A DNA stretch of 64,000 nucleotides from Lysobacterales bacterium (GTDB lineage Bacteria; Pseudomonadota; Gammaproteobacteria; Xanthomonadales; SZUA-5), in assembly GCA_022844165.1 (NCBI GenBank), contig JALHMH010000012.1, positions 56,056 through 120,055 of the forward strand, in the 5' to 3' direction. The notes under the pieces are model-generated. The model searched no databases, had not been told where the DNA came from, and saw only the letters and a list, made by a program, of their open reading frames with translations. Made by a program: the position numbers and the translations under genes. Of this stretch, positions 57,773-64,000 are shown one piece after another (positions within the stretch are counted from its first letter, which is position 1; every line of letters begins with the position of its first letter).

Positions 57773-58010
57773 CTAGTGTGGTGTTCCGTCATTACCTTGA
57801 ACTACTTCCGCGTCTTTTGACCCCATGCAGCGTTGCTTCTCGTCGCCATAGAAGAGCTATGTCGTCCGGCCCGGCGGCGCAGCCGCCGGTCGTTCAAGTC
57901 GGCTCGCGGCATGCCGCGAAAGCCACCGACTTTCACCCTCGTCGCGCCTTGCCTGACGCCGAAATCCATCGGAAATATTGTTCAACTCAATGACGGGAAC
58001 ACCACACTAG
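57773..58010. mobile_element. IS630-type MITE (238 bp) carrying an internal ~73-bp structured cassette
   Basis: Ends CTAGTGTGGTGTTCCGTCATT / AATGACGGGAACACCACACTAG are inverted, with one indel. The body is homologous to 63394-63558. Confidence 0.85.
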
Positions 58011-58187
58011 TCGATGGCTCCAAACACTGGGCGTTTCTCATCAGTCGGGTACTGAGATTTCAAGTCAAAGACAAATGGGTTCTCTTCCAGCAACTGGCAG
58101 GAGAGCCTCGCGAACGGTTTGCGGCCGCCGAATCCGGACCTCCCGCCAGGCAAGCGCCGTCGACGCTCGCCGGCGGCGCGACTGCCG

Positions 58188-58661
58188 TCAACGCGTCGTC
58201 GGGTCGTTTAACACCTCGCCCTGCCGAAGACGCCGTTCCACCTGTTCCTTGTTGGCTTCCGCGATGCGGCGACGCTCGGCCACCGTCTCGCAGACTGTCG
58301 CGGAGAGATTGCTGCCAGTGACACGGCGACGTTCGCACACCTTGCGGCTGTCTTCGCCGGCGCGGGTGAGTATGGTGTTGACCAGCTCCTGGTCGTTGAA
58401 GATGGTGACCTTGTCCTGCTCTTTGAGCTTGTCGACTGATCCGGCCCCCGCCAGTAGCCTGGAAATGCGATCCAGCGACTGTTGTACCTGACGACGCTCT
58501 TCCTTGTTGATTTCCGCATAGGTCTTGCCGTCGTTCAGATGTTCATCAATCTGCGCACGCTGCTTCTCGAAGTCGCCATCGGTCAGGGCAAATTGCGTCT
58601 GCGCGGCGACCGGCGCAGACAAACCGGCCAAGAGAGCGGCCCCGAGAATTAGTCGTAACAT
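58188..58661 (-). CDS. Secreted hypothetical protein with C-x11-14-C module
   Basis: Signal MLRLILGAALLAGLSAPVAA, IFNDQELVNTIL, VCERRRVTGSNLSATVC. Confidence 0.75.
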   Translation of the reverse strand: MLRLILGAALLAGLSAPVAAQTQFALTDGDFEKQRAQIDEHLNDGKTYAEINKEERRQVQQSLDRISRLLAGAGSVDKLKEQDKVTIFNDQELVNTILTRAGEDSRKVCERRRVTGSNLSATVCETVAERRRIAEANKEQVERRLRQGEVLNDPTTR

Positions 58662-59030
58662 GGCGATGTTTGTCGGATCGTTGTGGATTGCGAGAATCCT
58701 GCCAGAGCGCGCGCAGTTGGAAACAACGATTTCGTTTCGTCCGCAATGACATTCAGTTGCGCTGAACGCTTGCAGGCTATGTTGCGCCGGGGCCACGCCT
58801 TCAAATCGCACGGATCTCAGGCGCGGCCGCCTTGGTCTCGTCAGCGCATGGCCAGTCGCCCTGGCCCGTTCGAACGCCTGACGAGTGGCCACGAAGCGGT
58901 ACTCCCGCGCGGCAACTGATACATTTTCCGGATCGTCAGCCGCCAGATTCAGTCGGCCCGTCGCCGCCCAACATTGCACCATCCGACGACCAGGCTGCTA
59001 GATTCACAATTTCGCTTGAGGATCATCGAA

Positions 59031-59861
59031 ATGCGCGCTGCAATTGCGATGTTGTTGTTCAGCTCACCGGCGTTTTCGCAGGTCGACTTCGCTCTGGTCG
59101 ATGGCTTCGAGTTCCTGGCGCCATCGGCGTTCCGCTATACCGACCTTGATTTGCGGGATCCACACGTGTTTTTCGCCGCAGGTCCGTTCTGCGCCGACTT
59201 CACCGACAATCCGATTCCCCTGACGACATTTTCGTTCAATGGTTCTATTGCCAGCAGTTTTGTCCAGGACACCAATCCAGCGGATGGCATCTTGGATGCA
59301 AGCAGCATGCTGTTCTTCCGGCCATTGCGGCTCGACGGCGTGATAGCGCGCGTCGACTCGGGCAGTGCCAGTTGTGCCGCACCTGCGCCGCCGACCAGTT
59401 GTGCGCCCGGTATCCAAGAACCAACCCCATTCAACTACGCGACACAGTTCGGCGGCACCTGTTTGTCCGCCCTGCCGGGTACCACAGGCTCGCCGGCCTA
59501 CACACCGAGCATCACCGCGCCGATGGCACCGTGTTTCGTGACCAATGAGCGCACGCTGACGATCGACAACAACGGTACGCCGATCACTTTGCGTAACGCG
59601 CAAATCGCTGCGACGGTGGTTGGCACCGGCACCCAACTCAGCCAGGGCTTGCTGCGCGGTTTTATCAGCGAAACCGATGCAAACGCCATCTTGATCGATA
59701 ATCCTCTATCGCCCGGCCAGACGTTCCCGTTGTCGAGTCTGCTGCCCGGCGGCACCGGCAACTGCAGTACGCGCAACGATAAGGACACCGTCGATGGCGT
59801 GGTTGGCTGGTGGTTCTACTTTAACTTCAGCGCTTCGCCGGTGGCCTACACGGGTCCTTGA
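59031..59861 (+). CDS. Secreted Cys-containing hypothetical protein
   Basis: GAGG RBS, signal peptide, FALVDGFE, AFRYTDLDLRDPHVF, six Cys. Confidence 0.7.
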   Translation: MRAAIAMLLFSSPAFSQVDFALVDGFEFLAPSAFRYTDLDLRDPHVFFAAGPFCADFTDNPIPLTTFSFNGSIASSFVQDTNPADGILDASSMLFFRPLRLDGVIARVDSGSASCAAPAPPTSCAPGIQEPTPFNYATQFGGTCLSALPGTTGSPAYTPSITAPMAPCFVTNERTLTIDNNGTPITLRNAQIAATVVGTGTQLSQGLLRGFISETDANAILIDNPLSPGQTFPLSSLLPGGTGNCSTRNDKDTVDGVVGWWFYFNFSASPVAYTGP

Positions 59862-59907
59862 GTACCTGAGGCGTAGGCTTAGGCAATCGGTCTTGGAAGG
59901 TATTTGT

Positions 59908-60693
59908 ATGCTTAAAGCCATCGCAATATTGTTGCTGCTGCCTTCGGTGGCGCTCGGACAGATGCCTGGCGATGTGCGTTACATGCAATACGATGGCACC
60001 GCGTTCGATCTCGATAATGGCAATGTGCGGTACATCGAATCACACTACGTCAAGCTCGACGGCGATCAGGCGGCCGACCGACTCGTACTTTATCGGTGTA
60101 CTGATGGCCAGGCCTTCGCAAGAAAGCGAGTCACGACAAGAGGCGCAAGTGCATGGTTACCGTCATTCGAAATGTACGATGAGCGAATTCGATACCGTGA
60201 GGGTTTGACCGAACTGGACAACGCGCTCACCGTTTTTTACCAAACGGACGATGAAAACGAAAAGGCGGCGCTGCAGGCGCCGAGCGATCTGGTCGCGGAC
60301 GCCGGGTTCGATCGTTTCGTCGTCGATAACTGGGACAAGCTCGCCGCAGGCGAGACGCTGCGCTTTAACTTTCTCGTGCCCAGTCGTCTGGACTTTTTGA
60401 GCTTCAAAGTGCGCAAGTTGGAATCCTTCTCCATCGATGGTCGCAAAGCGATGGTATTTCGCCTGGGGCTTACCGGTTTGTTGGGTCTGATCGTTTCGGG
60501 CATCGACGTTGCTTACGACGCCCAAACGCGGCTGCTGCTGCGCTTTTCGGGGCTCAGTAACGTTCGCGACGAAGACGGCGACAACTATGTGGTGCGTATC
60601 GACTTTCCGCCCGACGATCGGCAAATGGGCACATCGCCAATGGCTTTCGATGCCGCTGCCGAGGAGACTTTGGTGAGTGCATGCAAAACGTAG
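59908..60693 (+). CDS. Secreted hypothetical protein
   Basis: Signal peptide, LVADAGFDRFV..WDKL, FLVPSRL, LLRFSGLSNV. Confidence 0.7.
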   Translation: MLKAIAILLLLPSVALGQMPGDVRYMQYDGTAFDLDNGNVRYIESHYVKLDGDQAADRLVLYRCTDGQAFARKRVTTRGASAWLPSFEMYDERIRYREGLTELDNALTVFYQTDDENEKAALQAPSDLVADAGFDRFVVDNWDKLAAGETLRFNFLVPSRLDFLSFKVRKLESFSIDGRKAMVFRLGLTGLLGLIVSGIDVAYDAQTRLLLRFSGLSNVRDEDGDNYVVRIDFPPDDRQMGTSPMAFDAAAEETLVSACKT

Positions 60694-60711
60694 TGTCTGG
60701 CAGGCAGGGCC

Positions 60712-61764
60712 GTGGATTCGCTTAGTCAGATTGCGCTGGGTGTCGCTGTCGGGTTAGCGATCGCACCGGCGAACCAACGACGCCGCGCTGTACTGTATGG
60801 CGCCGCGCTCGGCACGCTTCCAGATCTCGATTCGCTGATTGCCTTCGGTGGCCCGGTTGAGAACTTCACCTACCATCGCAGCTTTTCGCATTCGCTGCTC
60901 GTCCTGCCGTGGCTGGCGCTGCTGTTGCACGCCATCGCCGGACGTTTCGATCCGCAACTCCGCCTGGCGGTTGCACGTTGGCGCGCAATTTTTCTGTTCG
61001 CGCTGATTTCGCATCCGTTGCTCGATTGGTTTACGGTTTACGGCACGCAGTTGTTCTGGCCACTGGATCCTACGCCTTATGGCCTCGGCAGCATGTTTAT
61101 CATCGATCCTCTGTACACGCTGCCTCTCGTGGCGGCAATCGTCTGGGCGCTCCGCGCACCGCGTACCCAAGTGAGGCGAATCGCTGCTGGTGGATTGATG
61201 TTCAGCAGCTTGTACCTGGGTTGGTCAGCGTTGGCGCAGTCCTTGATCGAAACGCGAGCCCGCGAACAAGCCGCCGGCGCACCGATGCTGGCGTTACCGA
61301 CGCCATTCAACACGTTGCTATGGCGAGTTCTCATTCGCGAATCCGGGCAGTATCGCGTTGGTTACCTGAGTGTGCTTGATCGCAGCGACGTTCTGACGCC
61401 GCAACGAACGTTACCCAGCGACGATGCGTTGGCGCAGGCATTGCGATCGCATTGGACCTACGACCGGCTCAGTGGATTCACCCACGGTTTCTACGCGCTG
61501 CAACGCTGCGACGACAAGGTTGTGTTCTCGGATCTGCGTATGGGCGTTGAGCCCGCCTACGTGTTTTCTTTCGAGATTGCCCGGCTAACGGATGGCGAAT
61601 GGTCCGAAATACGTCCCGCCGGAGCGGTCGGCGAACGTAGCGGCAAGGATGCCGGCGCTGTGTTCGCCTGGATGCGCGCACGCTTCGCCCGTGAGCCTGC
61701 GGCGTTTGCCACCGATCCGTTTGACCTGATCAGTCGTACATCCTGTGTGATGTCGCAGAATTAG
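60712..61764 (+). CDS. Membrane-bound metal-dependent hydrolase (YdjM/LexA-binding family)
   Basis: MDSLSQ, TLPDLD, HRSFSHS, SHPLLD..TVYGT, FIIDP. Confidence 0.87.
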   Translation: MDSLSQIALGVAVGLAIAPANQRRRAVLYGAALGTLPDLDSLIAFGGPVENFTYHRSFSHSLLVLPWLALLLHAIAGRFDPQLRLAVARWRAIFLFALISHPLLDWFTVYGTQLFWPLDPTPYGLGSMFIIDPLYTLPLVAAIVWALRAPRTQVRRIAAGGLMFSSLYLGWSALAQSLIETRAREQAAGAPMLALPTPFNTLLWRVLIRESGQYRVGYLSVLDRSDVLTPQRTLPSDDALAQALRSHWTYDRLSGFTHGFYALQRCDDKVVFSDLRMGVEPAYVFSFEIARLTDGEWSEIRPAGAVGERSGKDAGAVFAWMRARFAREPAAFATDPFDLISRTSCVMSQN

Positions 61765-61819
61765 TCCAAATCAGATGTATTTTGGCCCGAAACAGCAACG
61801 CCGTGCGGAGAGCTTGATG

Positions 61820-63196
61820 TCATTGCCTTGTTGGAATGGACGTCTGCCTGGGCTGTTCATCGATGGCTGAGGAGCAGGTGGATGCCTTGGGCTGAGCTGT
61901 GTTCCGAGTATCTGGCACCATATCTTTCTTCATCATCCACAGGAACAACACAATGCCTGGAACTGCTGCGACGACGGTGAGCAGATAAAAGGGCACATAC
62001 CCGAGCGATTCGATCAACGCACCGGCCGTGGTTCCGGTGACAATGCGGCCGACGACGCTCGATGCAGCGGAAATCAGCGCGAATTGCGCAGCAGTGAACC
62101 GCAGATCGCAAAGCCAGGAAAAGTAGGCGACCACGGTAACGCCACCGATTCCGCTGGCGATGTTCTCGAACAACATGGCGCCAGCGAGGCCCCAGTTGCT
62201 GTGTCCGTGCGCGGCTAATGCGGCAAAACTGAAGTTACTCAGGCACATCAGCACCAAGCTGACCAGTACCGCATGTCTCAAACCCATCCGCGTGTACATC
62301 GCGCCACCGATGAAGATGCCAATCAGGTAGGCCCAAAACCCAATGCCGACATCGTATATCGCGACTTCGTCGTTGCTATAGCCAAGATCATTGAGCAACA
62401 AACGCAGGGTGAGTTGCGATAACGTATCGCCGATCTTGTGCAGCAGAACGAACGCGAGAATCAGTGCGGCGCCCTGGCGAACAGAAAATTCTCTCATCGG
62501 CGCGACAATTGACTTGAGCCATTCGCCGGGATCTTTCGGCGTCGGCTGAACGATGCGTCGTTTTGGCTCGCCAAGTACGAGAGCCGTCAACATTGCCGGC
62601 AATGCAAACGCGGCGCAGGCCAGATAGGCAACTTCCCATCCAACGCGCAAGGCCAGCAGCAGCGCCAGCGCGCCGGCGACGGCCGACCCGATGCGCCAGC
62701 CATATTGCGACATGCCGGAACCCACGCCAAGCTGTTCGGGTTTCAACGTCTCAATGCGGTAGGCATCGATGACGATATCGAAGGTTGCGCCAGCGATTCC
62801 CACCAGCAGTGCGGCGACGATTGTCCGTTGCAGGCTGGCAGTAGGATCAACGAGCGCCAGATTCACCACTGCCGCAATCACCAGCACACCTGCCAACAGC
62901 ATCCACATCACGCGTTGCCCGTAGCGATTTGAGCCGGGCAACCGCGCGCTGTCAACCAACCATGCCCATAGCCACTTCAGGTTGTACATCAGGAACGCCA
63001 GCGAAAACGCCGTAATCGCCTTCTTGTCGATGCCGTCCTGCGCTAACCGGGTGGTCAGCGTTGCGCCGATCATCGCGTAGGGAAAGCCAGAAGAAATGCC
63101 GAGCAACAACGCGGCTAACGGCTCGCGTTCCGTATAGGGCTTGAGTGAAGCCAGTAATTTGTTCAATTCGCTGGCCTCGGCGGAGTGTTTCGGCAT
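61820..63196 (-). CDS. ampG: AmpG family muropeptide MFS permease
   Basis: LGISSGFP, LKWLWA, ATFDIVIDAYRIE, GWRIG, FTAAQFAL. Start is 63196 or 63232. Confidence 0.88.
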   Translation of the reverse strand: MPKHSAEASELNKLLASLKPYTEREPLAALLLGISSGFPYAMIGATLTTRLAQDGIDKKAITAFSLAFLMYNLKWLWAWLVDSARLPGSNRYGQRVMWMLLAGVLVIAAVVNLALVDPTASLQRTIVAALLVGIAGATFDIVIDAYRIETLKPEQLGVGSGMSQYGWRIGSAVAGALALLLALRVGWEVAYLACAAFALPAMLTALVLGEPKRRIVQPTPKDPGEWLKSIVAPMREFSVRQGAALILAFVLLHKIGDTLSQLTLRLLLNDLGYSNDEVAIYDVGIGFWAYLIGIFIGGAMYTRMGLRHAVLVSLVLMCLSNFSFAALAAHGHSNWGLAGAMLFENIASGIGGVTVVAYFSWLCDLRFTAAQFALISAASSVVGRIVTGTTAGALIESLGYVPFYLLTVVAAVPGIVLFLWMMKKDMVPDTRNTAQPKASTCSSAIDEQPRQTSIPTRQ

Positions 63197-63393
63197 GAGG
63201 CCAGGAACCTGAGCGCGGGTGGCAGCCTCCATGGATCAGGGCAACCACCCGATGCGAAGCAATACAGCCTTACTGCGCAACTCCATGCGCCATCGCCGTT
63301 CTCATGGCCCAGTCCGGACGCACTTTTCGTTTCCATTGGACACTCAGCGATGGGTTTGGGAACTTGCTAAACCTGATGCCGTGACCGGTGTCT

Positions 63394-63558
63394 CTAGTGT
63401 GGTGTTTCACAAGTAACTTGAACTATTTCCGCGTCTTTCGCTGCCATGCTGCGTTGCTCGTTGGCGCTATGGAAGAGCGATGTCTTCTCCTCGCGCCTTG
63501 CCAAACGACGGAATCCACCGGAAATATTGTTCAACTTACTTGTGACACACCACTCTAG
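63394..63558. mobile_element. IS630-type MITE (165 bp)
   Basis: Ends CTAGTGTGGTGTTTCACAAGTAA / TTACTTGTGACACACCACTCTAG are inverted (21/23). Shares internal blocks with 57773-58010. Confidence 0.85.
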
Positions 63559-63627
63559 ACAGCCACCGTCGCAGCACTGCAACATTCACAGTTGAGCCGT
63601 TCTTGAGCACCGATACAACCACATTGC

Positions 63628-63885
63628 ATGCCCGATTTCCTGCTGCGTAACATCGACGAGCGACTCGCAATCCGTATCAAGGAGTATGCGCGAGAGAAAG
63701 AGCGTCCGCTGAACGAGGCGTTATTGACCTTGCTCGCGCGCGGCTTGGAGGCGGAAGCGACGCACGCTGCGATGGGCGGCACGCGGGCAATCGAAGGCGA
63801 GATGCGCACCTTGGGCGGCAGTTGGAGTGGCGATGAAGCGAGCGCGTTTCAAGAGGCATTGCGTGCGCTCGAGCGAATCCCCTAG
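63628..63885 (+). CDS. Ribbon-helix-helix (Arc/FitA-like) DNA-binding protein
   Basis: FLLRNIDERLAIRIKEYAREKERPLNEALLTLLARGL fits the beta-alpha-alpha RHH pattern. Its stop codon lies in the CTAG at the IS630 end. Confidence 0.7.
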   Translation: MPDFLLRNIDERLAIRIKEYAREKERPLNEALLTLLARGLEAEATHAAMGGTRAIEGEMRTLGGSWSGDEASAFQEALRALERIP

Positions 63886-64000
63886 TGTGGTGTCCCAAAA
63901 ATAACTACCATTAAATAGTAATCAATTTCCCTGCCGCACGAGCTACCGCTTCGATGATCGCATCGGCGCTCTTGCGCCAGATGAAGGGCTTGGGATTGGC
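63882..64000 (-). mobile_element. Right end of an IS630-family insertion sequence (cut by the window edge)
   Basis: Terminus CTAGTGTGGTGTCCC next to the 3' end of a transposase gene. Confidence 0.8.
63911..64000 (-). CDS. IS630-family transposase, C-terminal 29 aa
   Basis: Manual translation ANPKPFIWRKSADAIIEAVARAAGKLITI*. PKPF-x-W-x-K-x-AD-x-I is the typical IS630 C-terminus. Confidence 0.8.
   Translation of the reverse strand, partial: ANPKPFIWRKSADAIIEAVARAAGKLITI

Noticed and set aside
57833-58491. Plus-strand ORFs of 162 and 138 aa
   Set aside because: They cross the MITE or lie antisense to the secreted protein gene, and have low-complexity Arg/Pro/Ala composition.
1-64000. CRISPR array, tRNA/rRNA genes, prophage or integron
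   Set aside because: No regularly spaced direct repeats, tRNA cloverleaf, integrase or phage structural genes were seen. The repeats found are dispersed MITE/REP-like elements.

Overview
GC-rich gammaproteobacterial chromosome segment. Gene content suggests Xanthomonadales/Lysobacterales, probably Rhodanobacteraceae-like; this is an inference. Housekeeping genes: potFGHI, secB-gpsA, sbcB, a MurD2-type ligase, rpsO-pnp, fabI, mltD-yafS-rnhA-dnaQ and ampG. Signalling genes: a sigma54 two-component pair, two GGDEF-EAL hybrids, an adenylate cyclase-FHA protein and DUF1631-PilZ. Several secreted proteins have no assignable function. Most notable: (1) a six-gene operon, DUF4331 - TPR - HupE/UreJ - CbiL/NikL-like - TonB-dependent receptor - DUF4198, in which five of the six predicted mature proteins carry an N-terminal His (His1, or an SSH ATCUN-type motif), pointing to an uncharacterised Ni/Co/Cu capture system that gives DUF4331 a functional context; (2) a modular family of miniature repeats, with two MITEs sharing termini with an IS630 element at the right window edge, a TTAG-flanked IS5-like MITE, and a ~73-nt structured cassette shared between repeat types; (3) a MurD2-type ligase with no adjacent murL, a 2OG-oxygenase/methyltransferase fusion, a conditioned-medium-factor-like hydrolase and an orphan gene inside the pot operon. 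No tRNA, rRNA or CRISPR array was seen. Family assignments come from motif recognition by eye, not database searches.
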